Under the pieces are notes generated by a model. It saw only the letters and a program-made list of their open reading frames with translations, did no database searches and had not been told where the DNA came from. A stretch of DNA of 64,000 bases from Euglena gracilis. Lineage: Eukaryota. The stretch lies in contig CP154954.1 in the NCBI GenBank assembly GCA_039621445.1, positions 32,961,455 through 33,025,454 on the forward strand. Direction: 5' to 3'. The translations under genes and the position numbers were made by a program. Of this stretch, positions 47,901 through 61,450 are shown one piece after another (position 1 is the first letter of the stretch; every line of letters begins with the position of its first letter).

Positions 47901-50900
47901 GGACACAAAAAAAGCAAGGCAACAAAAGAAGTGGGATTTTATTAAATTTTAAGCTTTGCTTTGACGCCTTTAAGAAGTGTGTCTTGGAATGTTTATTTAA
48001 ACGGCCGGGAATGCACTTTTCATTTTTGGTGGCTTTTTACGCACCTGCACATTCTTTTTTGACCAAATGTGTCGCCATCACTTGACGGGGCGGCGCACCC
48101 GTCAGCTGGAACCCGTGGTACCAAAATTGGTACCACTGCTTTCGACCCCCGGGGTTTTTTCTGGGTAAACCGCCTTTTTTCGTTTTGAAAAAGACGGTTT
48201 ACCACCTCCGCCGACCGTGTGGAAACCCCCGTCTGCCGAAGTTGGTGCGACGCGAAACGCTGTATCGCAAGGGCGAACCCTCGTCAGGTGAAGGTGTTGT
48301 ACCTGTCGCTGTCCCCCCTGTTTTGTGGTGCCCAGTGAGTGCGCAGGTGTGCATTCACCCCCCTCCCCTCCCGGACTTTTCCTGAAGTTTCAGTTATTGT
48401 GGCTCCTGGGGGTGGGGGTGGGAAGGGGGCATTGTGGTCTCTACGCTTAGACTGGAGGGGAGGTTCTGTACCCTGTGTTGGAAGCAGGGCACAAGGGGGC
48501 GCTAGCGAAGGTTTGTTCTGTGCCTGTAGTCTGCATTCAGAGAGTGGTGGGGAGGGTATGTTTAAATCCACACCAGATGCCTGTAGGGGAGGGCTCGTTA
48601 CCTTTCGTTAGACTGCCTGCTGTTTGCATTGCACACGGTGCACTGCGCCCCTCCTTGACACATGCAGGCACAGCATCCCTCCAGTGGCACCCGCAGTCCG
48701 TCCCGCATGCCTTCTCATAGGCACCACGGCACATCACCATGTGCGACCACCTGTGTTTAGGTCTGACGTTTGGGATGGGCTGCTGGGTATGGAGGGGGGG
48801 GCTGGCTTGCATTCCTCTCCTGTGTGTCACTGGTTTTAAAAGCTACAAAACGGAGCCCCACTTCAACCCTTTTTGCCACAGACTACACCCACCAGAACAG
48901 CCCTCACAAACAACATAAAATGGCTCCTCTCCGAGGTTGCATGAGGCACAAGAATGCGCACGTGCGCACTCTTGAGGCCATTCCTTCGCTGGCTGGCTGT
49001 GATTCTATCTGCAGAAAAGCAGGAGGGGAGCAACGCTGGGCATCCACAAGAGTGCGCACCTGCGCATTCCGTGAGGGGGAGTGCGCATGTGCGCATTCTC
49101 TGTGTTGTGGGGAGCTGTGTCTTGCACTCCTGAACCCAGTGCTAGCGCAGCATTGTGACAGGGCTACACCCTTTTTGTTAGCGATTTCAGAGGCATCTCA
49201 TTGCAAAGATGGATGCCGCCAGTAGGGTGGACGTCTCCTGGGCTGCCTCCACCTTGTGTGCTGAGTTGTTTTGGCATGGCCCTGCATAGCAACTCCCTGT
49301 TTTTTTTTTTTTTTTTTTTTACCAGGGTCCTTTTTTTAGTTTTTCTTTTTTTTTTTTTTATTTTTTTTTTTTTCTTTTGTTTTTTTTTTTTTTTTTTTTT
49401 TTTTCTTTTTTTACCAGGGTGCTTTAAGGTGAGACACAAGAAGGGAATGCGCATGTGCGCATTCACCCTGATGTGCCATGTTTGACTGCAGCCATTGCAG
49501 ATGAGGTGTGTGGAGAAAGTGTCTTCATATGTGCTTTCCTTGGTCTTGGACAGCGGCCAGGGGTTGTGTGGCTTTGAGTGCTGGAGCGTCGACTCTGAGT
49601 ACATGATAAAAAAGGGATCTGTGTGGTGGGTGACGTTTGTTGCCAACAAGGCCACAGGCGGTGGTCCTCCCCTGCCGTGTTCCGCTTCAGGGTTGCCTTG
49701 TCCTTGGACACCATTCGATCCTCACAGGGAGGTCTATATTTCAGCCATGTGGTTTTAAACCCAGGCCTGTGGGGGGGGAGTGAGCGTGGGTGGTGGCAGG
49801 CCCACCTGGGTGTACAAAATTCAGCAGTGTGGCTGTAATTCAAAGAAAGGCACAAGACGCTTTTTTGCGCATGTGTGCATTCACCGTCTTTTCACTCATG
49901 CCATGAAAGACTGCTGACCGCAGTTGGGAATTAGGGTGCCCGTCACTGAGGAATTTCCTTGGGCACTGAAGTCCCTTTCTCATCCATTGTCCATGGTGCG
50001 ACACAGTGGAATACACAGAACAAGCAGGAAAGGAAAAATTATCGGTTTTATCGGTCGTTTTCTTTTGTGATGTGCTTGTGCCTGACTCACGGTCTCAAGG
50101 GCCTGGAGAATTTTTGGTCAAGGACTCTCCAATGGCGTTCACTTCTTTCAGTCCATTTTGATTGTGAAATAATTCTGTGTTTACAGACCGTTTTTGGGAA
50201 TGATGCCGAAGGTGGTGATAGGCGTGTTTCACTCTCAAGGTGCCAACCCCGTGAGCACCATGTGTGTGGAACCAGACGCAATCCCCTGCTTTGACCCTAA
50301 TTGTGGGGCACAGTGCTCCTTGCACTATGCACTGCAGCCCAACGTAAGGTTGGTCAGTGCGGCCATTGGCTGTGTGCTGCCATGCATGCTCAGGGGCGGG
50401 GCATGCATGCTCTTGGAACAACGCTAGCTGCAACCGGCCCATCACCTCCGCCGGGTGGGGGACGGTTGCATTTGCGTTGTGAGGTGGTCCACACGTTCAT
50501 AAAAGCAGCATAGGCTGGGCTGGGTACTGGACTGCAGCAGGTGAAGTCGAATGCGCAGGTGCGCATTCTTTTTTGTTCAATGACTTGACGACACCTGCAG
50601 CAGCGTGGAAAACCCTGGGCTCAGCGACGGCAGGTGTCAAGGCAAGAATTCACGTCCTTCAGTGAGGGGGAACTGCCCCCCTGCAGGTGTTTCAGGGTGT
50701 GGTCTGGTGCAGCGACAGGGTTGCCAAGGGGTGATTCTGTTGGTCCATCTCCCCCTCACACACCCATGTTCTTCAAGCCCGAACCAGGTCATTTTTTTGG
50801 ATTTATGAGGGATTATTTCACTTGTCTCTGATATTATGCCCATTTTGGCGATTTGGATTCGGTTTTTGTGAATCTGGGGCCATTTTGACAAATTTTGGTC

Positions 50901-53653
50901 AATATTGAGCTGATTTGGGGCTTTTGGGCTTTGTTTGGTCAAAATGAGCAAGTGCAAAATATTTCAGGTCATTTTACACCATTTTGGTTTTTTGTGTGCA
51001 TTTTTGTAGCCGATGCTTTATGCCATTCTTTATCTTTGTGACCATTTTCGCTCATTTGAAAAGATTTTCGAAAAAATTCACAAAGTAATTTGTTCAATAG
51101 ATTCCATGGGCATCTATGCGATACAAGTTGGCGCTGGATTCCACATGTGTGGAATGTGCTTTCGGTTCTGTGCTTGCTCACTTTGCACACTTTTGCTCAT
51201 TTTTGGGGTCATTTCACATATCTCTGATGACAACTTTCAAAACCACCCACCTGGATAATATTTATCATTCTCATTCCGACCCTAATTGGACGTGTTTTGA
51301 TGAGACTTGCCACATTTGAGGCATTTTGGGGTGTTTTATGACCCTTTTTTGTGCCATTTTATGACATTTTTTTTGGACATAGAGGTGACATAGAGGTAGA
51401 GGTTGAGGTGGAGGTGGGTCAGATAAAGGTAGAGGTTTTGACCTCGACCTCTACCTCTATCCAGCCCTAGTCTAAATCTCCTGGCGGTCCACAAATCAGC
51501 ATACCATAGATTGGTGACGGCGCTGTTTCTGCCTTGGTCCAATATTGGGCAAAGGGGACGAAGCAAAAATACATTTAAAAAAAAAATGTGGCACCAATGT
51601 GGCACGTTATCCGTCAACAAAAACAAATTGACAAAACTCGGCGAAACACGAAAGACACGGGCTCATTGAGGCGTCCATAGGCAAAAAGAAAAGTGCAAAC
51701 ACACACAGATATACAACAGCCAAGACGAAGGAAATGTGGCATTGCTTGGCACCAAAGCACAATTGCTTCAACCTGCCATGTGGTTTGCTAGGAAGACAAA
51801 ATTAAGCCAACCAAAATTTATGCACCGCAGTGCAAAAATAAAATTAAAAGGTGAACAACAGACAATTCTCTCTTGAAAAACCCTGGTCTGAGCAAATCAG
51901 GAAATCCACCCCATTTCCAGAGGTGTTTTTTAATGCGCAAAAATGCAGAGCTGCTAAACCCCACAGATATTTGTTCCACAGTTTCGTGTTTGGTCGTTTG
52001 TTGGATTGTCGTCTGGGTTTTTTGAGCTCCATTTGGGCGACGTTGGGGTTTTGTGTCATGGGGCTGCCGTAAATCCATAAAAATTTAGGAACCCTTTCTT
52101 TCGCCGTTTTTTTTTAAAGCCAATAATAAAGAAAATGTGGAGTGAAAATAAATAAAATTGTCATAAATTGTGTAAATTGAATAAAATGAATAAAATTGCA
52201 TTTTAAATGCAATTTTTTAAATATTTTTGTGGTTTTTCTAGTATTGCTTTGAAGAAAAAATCTTGTGTCAAAAATCTTGATCTTTGAATTGTTTTCGATA
52301 TTTTTTTCTTTGCTCATAAAGCTAAGAAAAGATCCTAAAATCCAAAAAAAAAACATATAAAAAAACACAAATGACATTTTGGGGTGCGCTTTGTGCAGTT
52401 TTGCCCGCACTGGGCTGGGCGGGAGGGAAACCCCCCACCTTTAAGTCTCCACCAGCCTTGGTGGGGTGGGGGGTGAGGGACCCGGCTTCTGCTCAAGGGT
52501 CTGCAGTACCCCTCAGCAGGGGGGGGGGGGCTCGACTGCAGCTAGTTCAAATTTGGCTTGTGGACCCCTGGGGGGGGGGGGGTGCGCCAGCAGGGCCAGT
52601 TTGTGGAATTTTTTTGACAGCCCAAAGCCTGCCCCAAATGACCGTTTTTGGCAATTCGGGATTTTTTTGAACAAAATTGGCCCAACAACGCCCTGAAAGT
52701 CCCATTTCTGCCTCTGGCACACAACGCCGGAGGAGCTTTTTTCCCCCATTTCAGGGGGTTTCAGCCGAGGGGTCCAGCCCGTGGCTTTTTTCCCCATTGG
52801 CTCGGAAAATGGTTTGCCTAAAGACCCCGGTCCTTAAGCAACACTGTGCGGGGGACAGTGCCCCGGGGCTTTGCTCCCCCCACCTTCCCCCGCACAGGCC
52901 CCGGTCCGCCGGCCGGCCCCCCGGCGGAGGAGTGGGGCGGCGTGGCGGACCGCATCCGGCGGATGCAGCGGCGGCGGGAGACCCAGGCGCGGCGCACCGC
53001 CCAGCGGGAGGCGCAGCTGCCCCCGGAGAAGCGGCTGGAGGCCCTGCACCGGAGGCTGGACCAGCAGTTCGCCCGGGGAGGGGCGGTCTGTGGGTGGGTG
53101 GGGGCGTGGGTGGGGGTGGGGGTTTGGGTGTGGTGTGGGGGTGGTGAGAATGGGGGTGGGGGGGTGGGGGTGGGTGCCTGAGCGGGGGCGCAGCCTTCTG
53201 AAAACATCTAATCTGATTCCCCCAAATGAGGGTCTAAAGTAAATGCTTGATGAAATTTGGTAGTCCACCCTTGTCCCTCAGAGCAAGTGAAAATTTTTCA
53301 CGCATTCCTAGCCTAGGATTTATGTTCCAAACCATTGAAAGCCTTGTTCTTTTCTCGCACATTTTTTCTGTGCCAGAAATGCATTGACTCCTTGCATTTT
53401 TTTGTTGATTAAACTTGTCTGGTTTCCGATGTTTAGTGTTTTCAACGTTTTCGGTTTTTATTTTCAAAGTTTCAGGCACCGCTTTAGATTTTGGGGGTGG
53501 ATTGTGTTTTCGCCCAGCCCCGGCCTCAATGGCCCACCACCAGGAATGTCTGTGGCCCAAACAATCCCTGGCAAGCTGCCTCAGCCGCGGCTGCGCCTGA
53601 TGGCACCAACAGCATTGTGCGGAGCACCTGGTGGAAATTGGACACAAGCGTGA
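44935..53653 (+). pseudogene. 5'-truncated inverted copy of the LRRIQ1-like 3' end, including the terminal exons
   Basis: 44935-48337 is the reverse complement of 1-~3393 and begins mid-exon. A 1-nt deletion at ~44980 shifts the frame. After a GT-AG intron (47677-52897) come GPGPPAGPPAEEWGGVADRIRRMQRRR..RLEALHRRL (52898-53070) and a last exon 53528-53653 with TGA. This may instead be an assembly or haplotype artefact. Confidence 0.7.
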
Positions 53654-53699
53654 AAAAAAGTTTGAACTGGGTTTACATGCATGTGTGTGTACGTATAAT

Positions 53700-53942
53700 G
53701 TAATATGTGTATGTGTATATGTATTTGTGAATGCACATGTGTACGTATCCGCATCCATATATGCATACATATTTGTGTATGTACATGTGTATGTGTATGT
53801 ATATGTATATGTATGTGTATGTGTATATGTGTATGTGTATGTGTATATGTATATGTATATATATATGCATATGTGTATGTAAATGTTTATGTATGTGTTT
53901 ATGCATATGCATATGTATATGTATATGCATATGCATATGTAT
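53700..53942. repeat. (GTATAT/GTATGT)n degenerate microsatellite just after the stop codon of the plus-strand copy
   Basis: Read directly. Confidence 0.9.
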
Positions 53943-54814
53943 CAGGGAATTTTTTTGTCCGGACCCCACCCTATTTACCTCGGGGGGGGGGGGGCTCCTA
54001 GCCAGCACTCGTTTTCCCCAGCAAGCAGCTCCCCAGGCTGCGAAACCCCCTGACAGTCAGTGATAATAAAGTTTTCGCAACCCGGCAAGTCGGGGCTTGA
54101 CGGAAAAGAATTCGGTGCAAGGCACCAAAAGACCTCTGTTCTGCAGAACTTTTTTTTGAAGATGACTGTTTTTGTTGCTGCAGTTTCCAACGCCTGCCTT
54201 TGTAATCCAACATGGGTTTTGACAATTCAAACAATTACAAAAAAATTTTTGAAGAAAGGGAAAGTCACCGCTGGCAATCCATCTGTTTCTTGTTTTTAAG
54301 GAGCCTCTGATCCCAAATGCATTACATTTTCTGACAAAAACCAGCAAGGTTTCTTTTAGCGCAATATATGCCTCATTCAAATTGTTGTAAAATGAGATTT
54401 TGGATGTCTTTCCGGTCTTGGCTATCCCAAAAAAAAATATTTGTCTTTTGTGCCTGAAGTTGGGATTTGGATTTTCGATAAAAGTCCAAAGAACACCTTC
54501 ATCACCTCTGGCACCTGGTGCCGCCAGGGGTCTGAACTTTTGGGATAGTCTTACTGTTGGCAGTCCACAGGTTCTCATTTGGGAGGGTTGATGCACATCG
54601 CCACCGCATCCACTCACCTGTGGGCCATCAGCCAAAAACCTGTTGAAAACCTCATTTTTCCTCTGGCACGCAGCGCCGGAGGAAACTTTTTTTTCCAGTC
54701 CGGGGGACCCCCGGACCCCCCGGGGGGGAGGGGGGGTCTAGCTAGTCCACTTTTTTCAGTGTCTAGCCGATTGGCTAGCCAGTACCCCCCCCCCCCGGGT
54801 CCTTAAGCAAATGC

Positions 54815-57800
54815 CTGATTGGGAGGTTGGGGGTGGCTGCTGCTGTTGTTGATGGGAGGGCGTCGCTGCGGGGCCGGGAGTGTCCGGCAGGCCTGCAGGC
54901 CAGCCTGCTGGAGTCAATGGGCGGAGGCCGGCCGACCGACATCGAACTGCAGTCAGTGCCGAGGGCGGGCCCAACCCCCCCCCAAGGTGCAAACTCAGCT
55001 GGGGTTGTGGTCGGGGACCAGGGTTCGGGGCTAGGAGGGTGCCACCAGGGAATTTCTTAAGCCGGAGGGTACGTACCCCCCCGGGGGGGGGGGGGTCCAG
55101 CCAGCCAGCAGCTCAAATCCAGCCAGCAGCCCAAATTCGGGCTGGGAGCCCCCCCCCCCGGGGTCGACTGAAATAAACTCGGGTCCAGCCCGGCCGGAGT
55201 CCGGGCCAGCCAGCCGAAGGCCGGGCCAGCCGGCCGCAGGCTGGCCAGCCAACTGGGCTGCCCAGCTCACCTATCCCTGCATTTTTTCCCCTCACCACAG
55301 TTTCCTCCATCACAGCCCCCAGCCTTGATCTAGCTCCATCCACCAAAATGTCGAAACTGGCAAAAATGTGTTGGAAAATTTTGTTTTTCTCCGACCCAGC
55401 CCAGCCCAGCCCAGCCCCCTCCAGCCCCGGACCCCCCCTCCCCCCACCCCGGGGGGGGGGTCCAGCCAGCAGCTCAAATCCAGCCAGCAGCCTTTTTGCC
55501 AGCTGGAGGCTGGACCCCCCCGGGGGGTCCTTAAGAAATTCCCTGGGTGCCACGGCTTTAGGTAGTGGATCTACCCCCTCCTTGGCCGCCCCACCAGCCA
55601 AGGTGTCTGGACCGATCCCAGGGAGGTAGTCAGACCCTCAATTTTCAGCTTCCGGCGCTTTACACCGAATTTTTTTGGCTATTTTGACGAATTTTGCCCA
55701 AAACCTGCCCAAAATTGCAGTTTGGGTCCATATAGGGGGATTTTTCAGCCCGACGCCCAAAATCCTTCATTTTGACCACGCCACTGTTTAGGTCCCCTGT
55801 GGGGGGTTTGACCCCATCCACCTGCCAGGGTTGGTGACGGCTGGCTGGTGTTCCGTACTCCACTCCACCTTCTGTCTACCCACAGCCAAAAAAAAAAACA
55901 CTGCCACACATCCATGTCCAGCATGTGCCATCGTTGTGCACAACATGGCGTCGGGGGTCGGCCTCGGATGGCCCGCCCTCTGCCCGTCCTCCGCCAGCCG
56001 CAGCCTCGGCGAGCGTTCCCGCACGTTCGGCGCGCTCGGGTCGTCGCGGGAGGAGGCGGCCGGCGGGCCGCGGACGGGCTCCGCCCCCTCCGCGCCGGGG
56101 GTGTGGGCGGACCGGGCGTCCCCGGGGGGCGGCTCCGCCCACCGCAGCCTGCCGGGCAGCTTCGGCAGCACCGGGGACGTCCTGAATGGACCCCGTTGAC
56201 CAACTATCGGGCCGACTGTGTTTGTCACACGCGGATACACACGGCACAGGCGCACGCATGGCCTCACGTGTGCATGCAAGCACCCACATGGACACAAATG
56301 CATAATTTTTGTTTGTTTGTGCTCGTTGTTCACAAGCAAGTCAGGGTGGAGTTGCCAGGGTTGAGCAGGGATTTTTTTTTTTGCAGAGAGGCAGAGAAGT
56401 GTGTCCCCCCTCGGGGTCAAAACCAAAACCCCTCAGTATTCAAGAACCTGAAATTCCCTTTCCAGGTACTCTTCACTTGTGGGGGCTTTGGGTTGTTGGA
56501 CAACTTTCAAAAAAAATTGGAGGTTGGCAGAGCACCTTTTTTTTTCAGCAGGTGTGCATGGAAATGTAAATTGTAACCCCAAAAAATCCCCCCCCCAAAT
56601 AATAATCCCCCCGAGGACCGATTTTGGCTTCCCAAATAATAACCCCCCGACAACCATAAAGGCAATGAAAAAAGGAGGGGAAATCAACAGAATGGTTAAA
56701 AAAGAAACACAAACATGGAGGAAATTGGTGCAGAAATTATGTTCCAAAGTTCGTCCATTTTCAAAGGAGCCCCAAAATGCCCAAAAAAAAGTCCCCTGTA
56801 TTGCCTCTTGGTGGTGCATGTTTGACTTCGAAAATTTCGCCCAAATAACGAACCCCCCCCCAAAATGATCAACCCCCCTGGACCCCAATTCCGAATGTCT
56901 AGATAATAATACGGGGGTTTATTATTTCCTTCAGTGTTTCTTTCGGTATGGGGGGGGCGGTTAGGTAGTAATTGTGTGTGTCCATAAACGAATGAGTATT
57001 TTATACCTTTTCACAAATCAAGGTTAAGCAAACATGTGTGTGCGTATGATTTCATCCATGTGAGATGGTCTCTTCATCGTTGCATTGGAGTTCTTACGCA
57101 CACGCACAGTCCCAGTTTCACGCTATGTTTTCAAGGCGGTCCCCCTCCCATCCCCTCGCTGCCATCTCCTATGCGTGCACCAGCTAAGCCCACCGCCCTC
57201 GCCCCCCTGCCCAACCGTCCACCCGTCAGCTCTTCTCCGGGGCTGCTCTGTGTCACTGTGCTTTGGCCGCAGCAAACTATCGTAGCCAAGGATGGATATT
57301 GATATTGGTTTTTGGGGAGGTCGCGATAAATTTGGATGGATTGAAGCCCCGATATCGTCGATAAAGGTTGATAAAACCGATGTGATCATTTTGTGCCCCG
57401 ATATCCTCATTTTTGTGATTTGGAGAATCCCAAAATCGCCCAAAAAAAAAGAGAGAACAAAAAAGTACGTTGCCCCCCCCAATAAAGCTGATATTTCACG
57501 ATATTTTTTCGGGACCCCATAAATTCAAGATTTTCGATAAACCCGATACGGGCCGATATCCAATATCCATCCTTGTTGTGGCCAAAAGGCAAAGCACACA
57601 CCACCATCCCCCACTGGGGGGATTACTGGGGTGGGTGGAATTGATTCAGAAAGGCAGCACCCAAAGGATGAAAGACCCTGCCTTCCTGTGAAACTTCATG
57701 TCGGCCCTTTGTTTCCTCTTTGTCCCGGCGGCTGCGGACATAGTAGTAGTACATCCCCATAGAACCCTGTCATGTGCACCAGCCGCCCCCCCATGTATTC

Positions 57801-60800
57801 CCCTCCCTCCTCTCTACCCATGGATGCCCCCCGGCAAACAGACCCACGTGTATGCGCGGGGCACTTTGGGGCCACACCGCACGTCAGCCGCCCCGGCCCC
57901 CGACCTCTCCGCCAGCCTGGCCGGCCGGCCCCTCCCCCCGTCCCCCTCCGCCGCCCCCCCGCCCCAGCCCCGCCCCGCCCCGGCCCCCGCCGGCCCCGGC
58001 CGCGCCTCCGCCGTCGCCCCGCTGGCCCGCCCCGCCCCGGGCGGCGCCGCGCCGGCCGACCCGGGCCTCGGCCTCGGGCTCGCCTCCCGCCGCCTCCACG
58101 GCGTCCACCAGCCGGGCCCCCCGCCCCCGTCGACCCAGCCACCCCCGGCCCAGCGGCCCGTTGGGGCGGCCCAGGCCGCCGCCCGGACCACTGCATTGCT
58201 CAGGATGCGTTGGACCCCCCCCCAAGGGGATGGCTGACTGGTTTTTGGGCCCCAGACCACTCGGAGTGGGTGGGGTCAGCCGAAAGTGCCCCGCGATGTA
58301 AATGAAAGCTTTTTTGACGTTGATCAGCGTGAGGTTTTGAACCAGTTTGTCTTGAGTGGCTGGAGTGATCCCCCGGTCCCCACCCGAGGGGGTTGAAAGT
58401 GGGCTGGTGAATAAACCTCCCCTGCCCACCCCCCCAGGCTGGTTATTAAGCAATGCTATGGCCCAGACCCGGCCAGACCCCAGCAAGCCCACTCCGCTGG
58501 AGGACCCCGGCGGGCTGGGCCTCATGTCTCGGCGGGCGCTGCTCTTCCCGTCCTTCCCGGACGCCCCATGTGGTTCTGCAAGGCACCCTTTGGGGATATT
58601 CCAACCTACACCTTAAGCTGAGGTTCCGTGCAGGAACCCCAGGGGCTTTGAGAACAGTCATAAAATGCCCCCCCCCCCAAAAGGACAGCCACTTTCGCAC
58701 GTGACGGCCAGGCCACGCAGTAATGGGTGTCCCCCAAAGCCATCAGACACCACTGGTGCACAGGTGGAACTTCCAAAAGTTGCCCCCCCCCCCGACCTCA
58801 AAAAAAAGGGCAGCGCCGTCCTTCGGCGGCTGGTCGGCGCCGCGGCGGGGGAGGCCCCGGCCCAGCGTCCCGCCCTACGGCCCCCCCAGGCCCGCCGCTG
58901 ACCACCCCTCTGAGTTGCACTACAGCTTCTTGTCCGTTTATGGCCGGCGCTAACTTCGCGTTTAGCCCAGTTTGTGTGGTGAGTGCTGACCCCCCCCCCC
59001 CCGGCGTGGTGGGTGGCTGGCGCCAAATACCCCTGGGGGGGCGGGGCCTCCCGTTTCTGGCTGAAGGTCCCCCCTCCACTGCACATTTCCTGAGCCCCTT
59101 CCATCGACGTCTCGTTATGAAGTCACGAATGGCAAGGGGTGGATTTCTGAACCAGCCCTCGTGGCGGGGGGGGGGGTCGGTCTTTCACATTGTCCTTGTG
59201 TTTGTTTCGTCCCCGGAGGTTTTTTTTTTTTGGTGTTCATTGGTCAGCCCCAGGTGCAGGGGGGCAGGGTAAATGCGATCATTTACAGAGCGCTGTTCAC
59301 ACCTCGCCGAAGTTATCCTGTCATGGACACTGCTCAACGTTTCATTTTTTCACTCCATCGCTTCACCACTGACCTTGAACGCCATGATGTCTGTGTCGTT
59401 TTGTTTGTTTTCGAAGTCGGTCTGGTTTTCCCTAACTGTTGTAATATTCTGTGCAATATGCATGTCAGCCCGCCTCCTGACCCCCTGACCTTTTCTGCTC
59501 TCCACTCACCACCTCACCCACCGCACCGATGCAAATGCACTATTTCCCAGTGTCATATGCATTTTCCATCCCAGAGAGAAACTAGCAAGCGCATCATCAG
59601 TGAATGCAAATCAAAGAACAGGGGGGATGGCCGAAAAAGATCTGTCCAAATAATTTTGCCCCCCCCCTTTACAAGAAAAATGTGGAAAGGGGTGCATCGT
59701 CTTGGAAAATGAGGAAGTGGAAGGACAAAGACCATGCCATGATGTTCTGTTTGTTATGTTGTCCGATGAAGTAAATCGTGTTGCAACAGCTTTCAGAAAC
59801 AAAGTGGTTCTTGAAAAAGAGTGGGTCCACCACTGGTTTTATGCTCTCAAAATAGCTTTGCAGGGGCACAGTTATTTGGGGGCACAGTTATTATTACATT
59901 CCCTGGTTGAAAGAGCAGTCAACTACTGCTCACCGTCGCATGGCAAAATGTCCCGAACCAAGAGCAACGAACCAGCAAGGGGAGGGTGACCTGGACAGGC
60001 ACCGGGAGTGCGCAATCCCACCAACAATGCGGGGATGAGAATGGTGGTCCAAACTTCGCCGTTCAGTCGATGCAGGAGGACAAGTTTGAGCCTGCCATTT
60101 GCACCAATGTACCCTTCGAACCCCGGGATCCTGGGCCAGGGCGTCGCTCAGCAACCTTCGGGGGGGGGGGGGGGGCGGTCCAGATTTCCATGAGAGGCTG
60201 GCTGGCTGGAGTTTGGGCTGGCTGGAAAAAGGCTGCTAAATGACCCTCCCCCTCTGGCCATGGCTCTGCCCGTAACCCCCCCCCATAATAAGACTCTGGA
60301 CTGATTTTTGGGTCCGTTGCTGGAAACCGCCAGGGGGGGGTCTTATTTTGGGGGGCGTCTTATTTTTAGATTTTCACCTGACCGACCCAGGCCCAAAAAA
60401 CCATAATTTTTTGGGTTCCCAAAAGCACCAAAATTTTCCTTCAGCATTTCGCACCATGTCCAAATCGGTATATTTACCATTTTTTTTTGCACTTCAAAAA
60501 TCCATCTAAAAGTGGGTTCTTCGGTATTTTTTTTCAGAAAAAGTTCCACCCTCCCCGTTTCTTTGCACCATCAGGGGGGTGTTGTTTTTTTGGGGTGCCT
60601 TGTTTTTAGGTTTTTGTTCGATCAGCCGGGGGTTACAGATCAGCCTTTGGGGGGGTTACAGGAAGGCCTGGTGGGGGAGGCTCGATCGCCCCACCACCCA
60701 CCACAGCACCTCGCAGCGAAAACCCCAGACCCCAAAGAACCATGTCGATCTAAAAATCGGCACCTTGGAAATACAGGAAGGCCTGGTGGGGAGGGTTCGA

Positions 60801-61310
60801 CCCCCCCACCCACCACTGCAGGATTCCCGTACAGCCTTTTTTCCCAGCTGGGACTGGGCCATTCTAGGGGTCGAACCGGGTGCCAAAGAATCGGAACTGC
60901 AGAAAACTCCCCAAAAAACCAGGGTCAAAAAAAGCTTCCGTCCCAGCACATTCAATGAAGAATCCACAAAACCGTCCCAAAAAAAAACACCATATTTCGA
61001 CAAAAACAGGTCGATTTCAGGGGGGAAAATGATTTCTGGATTATTGGAACATCGCCCATCCACCCAAAACGCCAAAAAAATGAGTTTTTCGACTTTAAAT
61101 TTTTTTGAACCTGTCCAAGACCCCAAAAAGTTTGCCAAAATATGGCCATTTTTTTGCAGCCATTTTTCCTGGTTTTTTCATTGAATGTGCTGGGACAGGG
61201 GGTTTTTTTATTTTTAGCACCGCCCTGTTCATGTCCATTGACATCCACTCACGTCCCAGATTTTGTTTTCCTCTCGCATGGTCCAGATGTCAGCCGCATC
61301 CACACATCCA
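54815..61310 (-). CDS. Putative multi-exon gene of unknown function (low-complexity G/A/P/R-rich exons)
   Basis: GC-rich exon-like islands at ~61310-61252 (GTGAGT donor), ~60150-59933 (GTGAGC donor), ~58900-58810, ~58570-58470, ~58200-57883, ~56182-55945, ~55630-55549 and ~55040-54815. No recognisable domain; frames are unresolved. Confidence 0.3.
55046..55545. mobile_element. 500-bp hAT-type MITE
   Basis: Perfect 16-bp TIR CAGGGAATTTCTTAAG. Perfect TSD ggtgccac at 55038-55045 and 55546-55553. Internal CAGCCAGCAGC repeats. Confidence 0.92.
57287..57575. mobile_element. MITE with a perfect 15-bp TIR CAAGGATGGATATTG
   Basis: Flanks tcgtagc/ttgtggc, 5/7. Internal CCGATA repeats. Confidence 0.75.
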
Positions 61311-61326
61311 GTGAGGTATGCTGCTG

Positions 61327-61450
<124 letters not shown>

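Noticed and set aside
48194-48290. Possible extra LRRIQ1-like exon (DGLPPPPTVWKPP..)
   Set aside because: The AG is absent in the left copy, the donor phase does not fit, and 47676 joins 52898 directly in frame.
60640-60850. Exon-like GC island
   Set aside because: It contains two copies of GGAAGGCCTGGTGGGG, also present in the MITE at 37257-37290, so it is repeat sequence.
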